Assembly (NCBI GenBank): GCA_963707985.1
Contig: CAVPRW010000041.1
Coordinates: 1-64,000, forward strand
Length of the DNA: 64,000 nt
From: an uncultured Nitrospinota bacterium
Lineage (GTDB): Bacteria > Tectomicrobia > Entotheonellia > J063 > CAVPRW01
Direction: 5' to 3'
Positions 54,210 through 63,864 of the stretch are shown piece after piece. The notes beneath the pieces are model-generated. The model saw only the letters and a list, made by a program, of their open reading frames with translations. It did no database searches and had not been told where the DNA came from. A program made the translations under genes and the position numbers. Each line of letters starts with the position of its first letter. Position 1 is the first letter of the stretch.

Positions 54210-56840
54210 TTACTGCGGTGTCAGCGCCGGCGGGTTTTTTCCGACCATTCCCGACTCAGCCTGAGCCGTCATCTGCCGCGATACACTCTCCAGATAGGCG
54301 ACCAGGGCCAGAGCCTCGGCGTCAGGCACCCCCAGATTCGGCATCAAGCTTGCTGAATCAAAAGCCTGTGGATTCTTGATCCACTGTACCATCCAATCGG
54401 GGTTCAAACGTTTCCAGGCATCCGTCAAATCCGGTCCAACCGCGGCTCCACCGGTTTTTCCCTGGATCTGATGGCAGGTAAAGCAGGGGTACTTCTCCCA
54501 GTAAAGCTTCTCGCCCTGTGCCGCCAGCTCTGGGGTGATGGTTTGCGCCACCTGTGCGACTTTTGGCACCCGTTCGTCAAGAAACGTCATCATGATGTAA
54601 TCACGTAGATTGGCCGCCGCTTGTGCCGTCAGGGGGAAGGTCGGCATCCGGGCTTGCATGAGGGGACGAATCTGGTGCGGTTGCTTGAGGAAGCTCAGTA
54701 ACCAATCGCCACGCACTTTGCTCCCTTCATAGGCGAGGTTTGGGGCGATCGTTCCCCCTTGTCCGGCCAAATTATGGCAGCCCAAACAGTTATACTTGTC
54801 GAACAGTCCCATGCCGGCCACGCGCAGTGCCTGCGCGTCGGACGGCGTACTGACAAAGGAGGCCAGTAGCCGCTCATCGGTGAAACTCCGCAGCTGGACC
54901 AGCAGCGCCGAAGCATCGGCATCGGAGAAGGCAAAATCTGGCATCTGTTGGATGATGCGGTCCGTGGCGTACATGCGGGCGTTTTTCATTTTCCCGTAGG
55001 TCCAGCCTTCCCACGACTCCTCGATTTGCTTGCCATCGTTATAGAGGTGAACCAGGCGATCGATCGGCGTAATGATGTGATCCTTCTTCTTCACCAGCGG
55101 GACATCGCCGAAGACCATCTCCCATGGACGCTTGTCGGCGTAGGTAGTCAGCTCGGCGCCGACTCGGGGTTGGGCCTCCATCCCATAGATATCATGGCAC
55201 CCATAACATCCATAGCGTCCAATCAGCCGATTTCCGGCTTCGACGACCGTATTGTCCGCCAACTTCTGGGCGAATCCCGGCCGCTCGGTCTTCGCGCCCA
55301 GGGTCATCAGGTAGGCGGTGATATGGGCGGCTTGCTCATCGCTAAGGCGGAGGTTAGGCATCTTCGTGGAGGGCAGATACTCTTGGGGGTTTTTCACCCA
55401 GGCGAAGAGCCAGTCGGCGTTCACCTTGCTGCCCACCCGGCTCAAATCGGGTGCGAAGGCGTTACCAATGCCGTTGATCTGATGGCACCCCACGCAGCCG
55501 ATCGTCTCGACCAGCTTCTTCCCGGCTTCGGCATCCCCGTTGCCTGGATATTTGGGACCATTATATGGCGTTGAGGAGTTAAGCAGATAAGCTGCAGCCG
55601 CTTCCGCTTCCTCCCACGACAGGCGGAAATTAGGCATCTTGGTGGCAGACCAGTAGGCTTTCGGTTCCTTGATCCACTCGACAAGCCATGCGGGATCGAC
55701 CTTGCTGGCCACTCGTCGCAGGTCAGGCGCAACTTTATCTTGCTGCTCATACCCTTGTGCCAGGTGGCAGCCAGGACACCCCATGGTTTGAAAGAGGTCC
55801 TGTCCATGCGCGGCGGTTGAAGCGAATTGTAGCGCAGGCAACTCCGGCTGATGACATTTCCGACATTGGGATTGAATCCAGGTATTGGTGAGCAGCGGCT
55901 CAGCCAACCGAGGGGTCTGATCGAAAATATGCAGTTCGGCGTGTGCTGTGGGTACGGTAAGGGCCACTCCTTGTCCGGCATGGCAGATGGTACAGCCGAA
56001 TTTCTCGACGGGGTGATGCGCCGACAAGACATCGCGATGCGGGTGCGTCGCATACGGCTGCTCTGTGCCCTCGAAGCCGGCACGATCAATGCCCATGTGG
56101 CACGTTTGGCAACGTTCTACTCGCATGAGCGGTTCGTTGAAGTTGGTGTAATTCAGTCCGGTGAGGACGATCTGATGGATCTCCGGCGGCTTGGCGACTC
56201 TGATGCCAGGTAGTACCGGCCGCATGATGTCATCCATGCGGTCGCGGATACGTTGATAGTCCGACAGCCTGATGCGGCGCTCCTCTTCAAGCTCGTAGAG
56301 CGGGGCTTCAACCGCTTTGATTTCAGCCTGCAACGCGTCCACACGGGCTCTGAGCTCAGCGATCGGTACGTCAAGGGTGGCGATCTGCTGCTCAAGTTGG
56401 TCGACCCTGGTCTTATACCGAGCCGCGGTGCTCAAATCTCCCTCGTGCTCGGTTGTTTTATATTGGTAATACTCGGCGTCCAAGCGGCTTTTAGCGAATT
56501 GTTGCTCCTGCAAGAGATCGGCCAGACGGTTTTTAACCTGCTCCAGCTCCTGGCGCGCCTTACGGTCCTGCGCATTACTTTCCAGCGCAGCTCGGGCTTG
56601 CTGAATCTTGGTCGCAAGCTCCCCCTGAGTCGGCAGCAAGACTTCTTCCTTGGCCTGCAGATCAGCATGCAATTGGTCGTATTCCAGCTCATAGAAAGTG
56701 GTCTGATAATGTTTCCATGGCCGGCGCACAATGGTCTCGTCCACCACGGTGTACAAGGCGGCAACCACGAGAATGATGCTCAGCACAAAGAAAGTTCGGC
56801 TCAGCGAGCGTTCCTCATCCGGTCGATAATCTTGAGCCAT
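54210..56840 (-). CDS. Membrane-anchored multiheme cytochrome c (8 CxxCH) with coiled-coil stalk
   Basis: N-terminal TM helix; CQTCH, CTICH, CRKCH, CPGCH, CVGCH, CYGCH, CLGCH, CFTCH; repeated PDL..W..P..MP class I modules. Confidence 0.92.
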   Translation of the reverse strand: MAQDYRPDEERSLSRTFFVLSIILVVAALYTVVDETIVRRPWKHYQTTFYELEYDQLHADLQAKEEVLLPTQGELATKIQQARAALESNAQDRKARQELEQVKNRLADLLQEQQFAKSRLDAEYYQYKTTEHEGDLSTAARYKTRVDQLEQQIATLDVPIAELRARVDALQAEIKAVEAPLYELEEERRIRLSDYQRIRDRMDDIMRPVLPGIRVAKPPEIHQIVLTGLNYTNFNEPLMRVERCQTCHMGIDRAGFEGTEQPYATHPHRDVLSAHHPVEKFGCTICHAGQGVALTVPTAHAELHIFDQTPRLAEPLLTNTWIQSQCRKCHQPELPALQFASTAAHGQDLFQTMGCPGCHLAQGYEQQDKVAPDLRRVASKVDPAWLVEWIKEPKAYWSATKMPNFRLSWEEAEAAAAYLLNSSTPYNGPKYPGNGDAEAGKKLVETIGCVGCHQINGIGNAFAPDLSRVGSKVNADWLFAWVKNPQEYLPSTKMPNLRLSDEQAAHITAYLMTLGAKTERPGFAQKLADNTVVEAGNRLIGRYGCYGCHDIYGMEAQPRVGAELTTYADKRPWEMVFGDVPLVKKKDHIITPIDRLVHLYNDGKQIEESWEGWTYGKMKNARMYATDRIIQQMPDFAFSDADASALLVQLRSFTDERLLASFVSTPSDAQALRVAGMGLFDKYNCLGCHNLAGQGGTIAPNLAYEGSKVRGDWLLSFLKQPHQIRPLMQARMPTFPLTAQAAANLRDYIMMTFLDERVPKVAQVAQTITPELAAQGEKLYWEKYPCFTCHQIQGKTGGAAVGPDLTDAWKRLNPDWMVQWIKNPQAFDSASLMPNLGVPDAEALALVAYLESVSRQMTAQAESGMVGKNPPALTPQ

Positions 56841-56877
56841 GGAATATCGCATTCCCTATGATGCTAGGTCAGCGCCG

Positions 56878-57688
56878 TTAGAGGTTAAACCAGGGAGTGA
56901 CCCAGACGTATTTGATGTTGAAAGCGAGCCGTAAGATCATCTTCAACGGTAGCAGCATCATCGTAAGAAATAACACCGCTTTCACCCCGAAGCGCACCCA
57001 CCCTTCCGCAGCGATTTTACTCTTACGCGCAAGATAGAACAGACCAGCACCGACCAGGTAGTACCCACCTACAAACAAGGCCCCGAAAATGAAGGCTCCC
57101 AGTGCGGAGCGGATGCCGAAGATGGCATGCAAATCGACGTTCGTAAGCGCCGCAACTTTATGTGGATCCCATTCATGCCACGGCCAGAATAAGTTCCATC
57201 CGGGGCCACGGAAGAACACCCCCAAAATGATAATGCCACCCAGAGCACGAGAAATCCGAACAGATAGACCAGGATGGCAAAGCGTCGCTCCCGGAAGGAG
57301 TAGTATCCGGTGCTGCGCGTGTTGACGTCGATGAAGGGAATGGCCATCAAACCCACGATGATCAGCGTCGGCGACTACGACCCCCGCAAACCATGGGTCG
57401 AAGTAGACCAACGTCTCCTGCAAGCCCGAGGAAGTACCAGGGCGCTTTCGACGGATTGGGGGTCTTCGTGGGGTTGGCCATCTCCTCAAGCGGGGCGTCG
57501 ATAGCAAAGGACCAGACGGTCAGAAAGGCCATCAACGCAATGGCACACAGGAACTCGTTCCTGGTCAGGTAGGGCCAGGTGTAGATTTTATCATCCGCAG
57601 CTCTCACAGGCTTGGGCGGCGACTGAGGGGTCGCAGGGGCAGCACGCGGCGTGCCTCCCTCAGGCGTCGGCTGGGTCGCTTCTGCCAT
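56878..57688 (-). CDS. Cytochrome b6 subunit IV-like protein, split by about three frameshifts
   Basis: TWPYL..APLEEMANP..TPNPSKAPWYFLGL / QETLVYFDPWFAGVV / GLMAIPFID / LGVFFRGPGWN across frames. Confidence 0.82.
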
Positions 57689-57852
57689 CGTGGCATCTCC
57701 TCACCGGCTGGTCTTCTCTCGAGATTCCCGCATCTGACGTCGCGTGACGCTGTCGAAGGGCATCGCTTCTCACCAGCCGTGACACGTCTCCACACGTCTC
57801 TTTCGCTCGTCTACAGGGCGCATGCACTTGCGTCAGCCCGTGTGGCTGTCGA

Positions 57853-58721
57853 CTATAGCGGGCCAGAGATGCCCCCATCTTTGCGTACACGCCAAAAATG
57901 CACCATCATCAGAGCGCCAGCGAAGAGGGGCAAGAAGATGCAGTGCAGCACATAAAAGCGCAGCAAGCGTCGCCGAACCGACAATCCGCCCTCCGAGCAG
58001 GAAGGCACGCGCGTCATAGCGTGGATCAACCCCAATCACCTCGGCAAACGGCCCCTCGTGCCCAAGCAGCGGCGTCGCCCGTGCCATGTTCGTCCCCACG
58101 GTCACGGCCCACATGGCAAGCTGATCCCAGGGTAGGAGATATCCCGTGAAGCTCAGCAGGAGGGTTAATGTCAGCAAGAGTACCCCGATCACCCAATTGA
58201 ACTCGCGCGGCGGTTTGTAGGAGCCGGTGAGAAACACGCGCAACATGTGGAGCCACACTGCGATCACCATCGCATGGGCGGCCCAACGATGCATATTGCG
58301 CACGAACATGCCGAATGGCACGTCGAATTCCAGGTATTTCATATCTAGATAGGCATACTCACCGACTGGACGGTAGTAGAACATTAGTATCACACCGGTG
58401 AAGGTGAGGACGAGGAAAGAGTAGGAAGGAAATACCCCCCATACACCAGGTGAAGCGGATGCGCACCCCATGTCGTGGGAGTTTAGCTGGATGGAGATGG
58501 AACCAGATATTACCTAACACCATGAGTAGACGATTACGCGGGGTGTCGTCGTAGTCGTGCCTGAAGATCGATTTCCATAGGGGAGAACGCACCACCGCTC
58601 GCGACATCTCATCGGACAGCTTGGCGACGCGTTCTTTCAAGCTCGGTGGCTGTCCGTTACTGTCACCTCCCGAGCCTCGAGGTGATGGCGTTTGTGTGCC
58701 TCGTTGCCCACTCGTCCCCAC
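57853..58721 (-). CDS. Cytochrome b6-like (cytochrome b N-terminal domain), split by two frameshifts
   Basis: [72 protein letters not shown]. Confidence 0.9.
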
Positions 58722-58830
58722 TATCTCACCCCCTCAACATCGAACCGTTCTGTGGTAGGTCTCTGCGTCTCCCTGATCGCGTTCATACCGAGATGCGGCG
58801 TTAGGACTATGTCCCGTTGCTGATCTCAGG

Positions 58831-59352
58831 CTAAACTTCCGGACCGACCGCGGGTAACAAGGCGAAGCGTTGCAGAAGTTCTCGTAAACGCACTCCATTA
58901 ACCAGCTCAATCGGCCCCCCCACCGCCGCCGTGTTGGCTTCATCCGAGAAGAAGCCATTTGTAATGAGGACGCCCTTCGAGGCACCCTCGCCCTTGACGG
59001 AGTCGATCAGCGCGAGGACTTGCACCGCCTCAACCACTTCCCCTGCCTGCAACAACTCGCCGTGTATGACATACTGCCCACCCACGATCGGTGCCACATG
59101 CACTGCCATCACTTCAAGTTGTCGGCTACCAATTGTTGTGGAGCGCTCGACCTCCAGGCCCAGCTCCTGTAACAATCGCCGGGAAACCCATTCAAAACGC
59201 TCAAGCGTGAGGCTCAATGGCAGGAGTGCTTGTCCATCCCCGAAACCCGCTTCTTGTTGCTCCTGCGACACCGGCGCCGGCATTTTCTTCATCGCGAAAA
59301 TCACCCCAAACCCCAGGATGATCGCAACAACGATGGTGATGAACATGAACAT
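58831..59352 (-). CDS. Membrane-anchored Mrr-like restriction-endonuclease-fold protein with degenerate active site
   Basis: N-terminal TM; FEWVSRRLLQELG, ASKGVLITNGFFSDEA, IELVNGVRLRELL match Mrr_cat; QLEV and VIHGE replace GID and QCK. Confidence 0.72.
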   Translation of the reverse strand: MFMFITIVVAIILGFGVIFAMKKMPAPVSQEQQEAGFGDGQALLPLSLTLERFEWVSRRLLQELGLEVERSTTIGSRQLEVMAVHVAPIVGGQYVIHGELLQAGEVVEAVQVLALIDSVKGEGASKGVLITNGFFSDEANTAAVGGPIELVNGVRLRELLQRFALLPAVGPEV

Positions 59353-59398
59353 GCCCCCGCACGCGGCAGTCAACGAGTACAGTAGCCGCACACGCAAG

Positions 59399-59566
59399 CT
59401 ATTTGATCATTTCACTATAGATATCATCCTTCTTGCCCTGTTCAATCAGCCTGTCGTGCTTCAACGCCTGTCGAAAGGCGACCCACAGACAGAAGATCAC
59501 GGCCAGGAGCATCCCCACAATGGGTAGGTTATCGGGTTTGGTGAGAATCTCCCAGAAATGCTCCAT
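59399..59566 (-). CDS. Small single-TM protein (KPDNLPI motif), probable cytochrome bc complex-associated subunit
   Basis: MEHFWEILTKPDNLPIVGMLLAVIFCLWVAFRQALKHDRL; motif recalled from bc clusters of Acidobacteria/Planctomycetes/Nitrospira, not verified. Confidence 0.65.
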   Translation of the reverse strand: MEHFWEILTKPDNLPIVGMLLAVIFCLWVAFRQALKHDRLIEQGKKDDIYSEMIK

Positions 59567-59635
59567 CGCTGCAGTCCTTTCCGACTTTTGCATCGACCCA
59601 GTCCGGCTCCAGGAGCCCTGCTGAAAGCGTGCCCA

Positions 59636-59665
59636 AACATAATTGACCCTGGCCGTTCTTGTCAA
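59636..59665 (-). promoter_or_regulatory. Putative sigma70 promoter for the cytochrome b/c operon
   Basis: Minus strand TTGACA-18 bp-TATGTT; overlaps a TTGAC-N13-GTCAA inverted repeat. Confidence 0.5.
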
Positions 59666-59923
59666 GGAATTTTTCCCGCGTTAGATAGCACCAGAAGACC
59701 GACGACAGCGGGTTGGCAGCCATATCAGGCGGGCGGAAGACTTATGACCACGGACGCCACTCGCGGTCATAGGGCATGGCTGTCGTAGCACCTGAGGAGA
59801 GTGGTAGCGATTGTGGTCGGGGATTTTGTGCTATAATAAATAGGTATGTAGCTAGGAATCTCCTTCAATGGTAGCACACGTCATGGTCCGAAAGAACTTC
59901 CCCTCATACTCGGTGAGGATCAT

Positions 59924-60331
59924 ATGGAGAAAGAGCCCACGAAGACCAACGTCGATCGCATGTGGAAGTTTGCACGCACATTTGCGGACAAGAGCGGCAC
60001 CTCCTTTCATCCGAACCTCGAGGTGACTGAGGTTGTCGTCAAGGGGTTAGCGCTGCATCAGGACGAACTCGGTAAACCCTTGTGCCCGTGCAATTTCTAC
60101 CCTGACAAGGCCGAGGAAGCCAAGAAACGACGCTGGATTTGCGCCTGTGATGAGATGCAGGCTTATAAATACTGTCATTGCCTGCTGTTCGTGCGTGATG
60201 ATGGCCTCCCCATTACTGAGTACCTCCCCGAAGACCACGAAGGTCGACAGATCTACGGACTTGTCAAGGATCCGACACCCGAGAAGGGGCGGGCGCTGCG
60301 TCACAAAGCTGGAGCGCCAGCGGAAGAGTAG
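59924..60331 (+). CDS. ftrC: Ferredoxin:thioredoxin reductase catalytic subunit
   Basis: KGLALHQDELGKPLCPC, WICACDEM, YCHCLLF; TGCTATAAT upstream. Confidence 0.88.
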   Translation: MEKEPTKTNVDRMWKFARTFADKSGTSFHPNLEVTEVVVKGLALHQDELGKPLCPCNFYPDKAEEAKKRRWICACDEMQAYKYCHCLLFVRDDGLPITEYLPEDHEGRQIYGLVKDPTPEKGRALRHKAGAPAEE

Positions 60332-60909
60332 TGATCCAGGAAGGCTGCGGGGTGTGCTACTCTTGCCCAGGGCAATCGCCATGTCTTCGAGGCGCACTGC
60401 CTGATGATGCAATAGAACGGGTGGCGTGTTGCGAGTCCCAGACGGCGAGCTAAAGGTCGACGTGCTGGGCCAGCACGCGCGTCCCGCCATTGACGTTGGG
60501 CCTATCGGCGCGTGAGTGATCGTGTCTGCATGTGGTTAAAAAACTTAATGCCCGGACAACGTCCTGGCACAGAAACCCGGGGTGAGCCGCTACCGCGATC
60601 AGATTAACCCTTGGTCAGCACCAAATCAAGCGTAGCTCATGGGCAGGACAGCGCTTGGTTCATCGCACTGATTGTTTGGTGACACCGGACTATGAGGAGC
60701 ATCCATAGCAGCTGGGGAAGTCCTTAGCAGGGGGCCTGTGGATGAGTGTGTCAGGCATCTACAGCTCATACAACTACGCCTCTGTATGCTGAGTAGCATT
60801 GATCGAAGCGCCAGAAAAATGGAAGCCTCGTGTGCTCGCAACCCTACCGGGCCACCCATATGCCCGACCTGACCACTGGGGGAGTATGGGGATAGCTTTG
60901 ACCCGGAAC

Positions 60910-61395
60910 CTACTCGATTCGTCCGAAGTCTTCCGGTTTTAAATTCTCAATCCAATCGCGGACGGATTGTGCATCCTCAGCGGGCTTGTCCTCTGTCAAG
61001 TCGATACTTTTGGCCTCGCGGATGACCTTTTCGGCAACAAAGATCGGGGCCTTCACGCGTAAGGCCAAGGCGATGGCATCGCTCGGACGTGAGTCGATAG
61101 CCACCTCAGTCCCATTCACTGTCAAGAAGATGACTGCGTAAAACGTGTTGTCGCGCAGGTCGTTCACGACGATTCGCGACACCTTTGCCTTGAGGCCTTC
61201 GAGGATATTGCGAATGAGATCGTGAGTCATGGGACGGGGCGTCGTGATCCGTTCCATCTCCATTGCGATGGCGTTGGCCTCATTGGCGCCAATCCAGATC
61301 GGTAAGGCACGATTCCCTTCAACATCTTTCAGAATGACAATGGGCATATTCGTTAATGGATCAAGCGTCAGACCCTTGACTACCATTTGTAACAC
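60910..61395 (-). CDS. Bifunctional nuclease (DUF151) family protein
   Basis: [30 protein letters not shown]. Confidence 0.92.
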   Translation of the reverse strand: MLQMVVKGLTLDPLTNMPIVILKDVEGNRALPIWIGANEANAIAMEMERITTPRPMTHDLIRNILEGLKAKVSRIVVNDLRDNTFYAVIFLTVNGTEVAIDSRPSDAIALALRVKAPIFVAEKVIREAKSIDLTEDKPAEDAQSVRDWIENLKPEDFGRIE

Positions 61396-61398
61396 GGC

Positions 61399-62745
61399 TC
61401 AGTCCTCCCCTCCGCGGTCACTTCGGTCAGTGCAGACCTTGCCTTCAAGGCTGTGTGATCCCCCCTGTTCGATACATACTGTGACGAGGGAACCAGTCAA
61501 GGACGGATGACCCGCGAAGTTCACGGGGCGGTTTTGTCGCGTGCGGCCGGTAAGCTGCACGCTCCCTTTTTTACTAGGCCCCTCCACCAGTACTTCCTCG
61601 CACCGTCCGATCCGGGCTCGATTGCGGCGAAGCTGAATGGTTTCCTGGAGCGCGAGCAGCGTGTTGAAGCGCTCGCTCTTGACCGCCTCGGATACCTGGT
61701 CGTCAAACGTTGCCGCACGCGTTCCAGGACGTGGTGAATATTTAAACAGGTACATTGAATCAAACTCGACGGCTTGAACAAGCTCCACGGTCTGCGTGAA
61801 ATCCGCGTCTGATTCGCCGGGAAAACCGACGATCACATCGGTCGAGAGGGAGACATCAGGCACCAGCGCACGTAATCGCTCCACCTGGACGAAGTACTCA
61901 TCTCGGCTATAACCGCGGTGCATACGCTTCAGTGTGACAGTCGATCCAGATTGTACGGGTAGATGGATATATTCGCACACCTTGTCCAAAGTTCCTACTG
62001 CCTGCATGAGCTTTTCCGAGAAGTCTCGGGGATGGGAAGTGATGAAGCGGATGCGCTCAATCCCAACTATAGGGTTAAGCATTTCCAGGAGGTCTGCGAG
62101 GTCCTTTCTCTCGGGAGAGCGCTTACCGTAGGAGTCTATATTCTGACCCAATAGGGTGACTTCTTTGTAGCCTTGGTCCGCGAGCGCTTGCACTTCGTCG
62201 ACAATCGCCGCCGTCGGCCGGCTCTGCTCACGTCCTCGGGTGTAGGGCACAACGCAGAACGTACAGAACTTGTCGCACCCCTGCATGACCGTCACCCAGG
62301 CTTGATAGGGATTGTCGCGGTGGATGGGAAACAGTTGCTCGTCCCAAAGCGGATTGTCGGCGAGATCGCTGAGCTGGTGGCGACGCGCCTGGACGCCTGT
62401 CAAGAGTGCGGGGAGCTTGGGAATATTCTGCGGCCCAAAGACGAGATCGACGTGCGGTGCACGCTGAAGGATGTGTTCCCCCTCTTGTTGAGCCACACAG
62501 CCGCAAACACACACGATAAGGTCAGGATTATGGCGTTTGAGCCACTTGAGTTGACCGAGCTGGCTATAGACTTTTTGCTCGGCCTTATCACGAATGCTAC
62601 AGGTGTTCAACAAAATCAGGTCGGCACCACGTGTCTGGCTCGTGATCTCATAGCCAAGACCAATGAGAATGCCTGAGATGCGCTCGGATTCGTACTTGTT
62701 CATCTGGCAGCCATAGGTGATGACTGCCGCGCGTTTCGGCTCCAT
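61399..62745 (-). CDS. miaB: tRNA-2-methylthio-N6-dimethylallyladenosine synthase
   Basis: TYGCQMN, NTCSIRDKAE, GCDKFCTFCVVP, HLPVQSG, C-terminal TRAM domain. Confidence 0.96.
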   Translation of the reverse strand: MEPKRAAVITYGCQMNKYESERISGILIGLGYEITSQTRGADLILLNTCSIRDKAEQKVYSQLGQLKWLKRHNPDLIVCVCGCVAQQEGEHILQRAPHVDLVFGPQNIPKLPALLTGVQARRHQLSDLADNPLWDEQLFPIHRDNPYQAWVTVMQGCDKFCTFCVVPYTRGREQSRPTAAIVDEVQALADQGYKEVTLLGQNIDSYGKRSPERKDLADLLEMLNPIVGIERIRFITSHPRDFSEKLMQAVGTLDKVCEYIHLPVQSGSTVTLKRMHRGYSRDEYFVQVERLRALVPDVSLSTDVIVGFPGESDADFTQTVELVQAVEFDSMYLFKYSPRPGTRAATFDDQVSEAVKSERFNTLLALQETIQLRRNRARIGRCEEVLVEGPSKKGSVQLTGRTRQNRPVNFAGHPSLTGSLVTVCIEQGGSHSLEGKVCTDRSDRGGED

Positions 62746-62823
62746 GCGTAGCCTGTCGAATGACTCGCCTAAGATCGACAAAATCGTGGAGATCCGCGAC
62801 GGTCGCGGCCTGCACAGCGCTTA

Positions 62824-62852
62824 AATATAGCGAGACGCCTGGGGGTTGTCAA
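62824..62852 (-). promoter_or_regulatory. Near-consensus sigma70 promoter upstream of miaB
   Basis: Minus strand TTGACA-17 bp-TATATT. Confidence 0.65.
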
Positions 62853-62994
62853 GGGAAGCAGCATGGTGATGTAGGCACTTAGCGCCTATCGCAGCAGGCT
62901 TGCCTGTTGGCCTATAATGTCCGCACAGCGCCGAGGCCAACACCCCCGGAGGTATCTGGCAGGGACAATAACCCTGCCCTGTGGTGACCCTCTG

Positions 62995-63864
62995 CTATAA
63001 TCCTAGCAACGCACGTGAAATGACCGCTTTGGCACGGTAGGGAGGACCCCCCACATAAGAAAAACGGGCATCCACGGCGGCGCTGACCAGCATCGCCGCA
63101 TCGATGGGATCCACGTCCAACTTGTACATCAACAACCGTGCCATCTCGTTCACGGCCATGTGGGAGGCAGCTTCCATGGTGTCGCCCTCGCCAGTCGTCA
63201 TGATGGCATCCTGGGTGAGGACCACAGGGCGATCGACTTGCAACACCGTCGAGACGTCGCAGCGCAGCGTAACCTCTGCACCCATCTCGACCGCGGAACT
63301 TGCACTCTCGCCATCCCCCATGGCGGCATGTACATCTTCGATAGTCAGCAGGGCTCCCTCCTCAAACACTGGCAGAAGTACCCTGGCACCAGGGCCAATA
63401 GCGATGTTACTCATCGCTCCCCCGAAGGGACCTACGCTGTTGCAGGACTTAGGATCACCGGCTGGGGCGACGCCCATGCGGCCGATCATCGGCGCATATG
63501 GGAGGGCAATCCTGTCATTGAACCAGACGCGGTCACCGTCGATTTGCACTTTCCGCCGGCGCCATTCATCGACGCGGTTTTTCAACATCGCACGTCCCGG
63601 AATGGCCACAATCCAGCCATAGCCCAGACTCGGGGTGATATCGAGCACCTCGATGGAGAGCGTGTCCCCCGGCTCTGTGCCCCCAACGTATACCGGGCCA
63701 GTCATGGACATCAAGAGATCCAACGGCGCATCATCAGGGCTCGTATAGCCCTGGAAACGATCATTGGTCTCCATCACAAACGTTTCTCCCATACCGACGT
63801 GAATCGCGGGGGGGTTTGCACCACTGTAGGCGCTAACACGCTGGCTTTTGTTGACCCGTTGCAT
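62995..63864 (-). CDS. Acetamidase/formamidase family protein
   Basis: TGPVYVGGTEPGDTL, PMIGRMGVAP, FGGAM, DVHAAMGDGE. Confidence 0.88.
   Translation of the reverse strand: MQRVNKSQRVSAYSGANPPAIHVGMGETFVMETNDRFQGYTSPDDAPLDLLMSMTGPVYVGGTEPGDTLSIEVLDITPSLGYGWIVAIPGRAMLKNRVDEWRRRKVQIDGDRVWFNDRIALPYAPMIGRMGVAPAGDPKSCNSVGPFGGAMSNIAIGPGARVLLPVFEEGALLTIEDVHAAMGDGESASSAVEMGAEVTLRCDVSTVLQVDRPVVLTQDAIMTTGEGDTMEAASHMAVNEMARLLMYKLDVDPIDAAMLVSAAVDARFSYVGGPPYRAKAVISRALLGL

Noticed and set aside
60560..60730. RNase P, 6S or TPP riboswitch resemblance
   Set aside because: Only short partial motifs, not in the required order.
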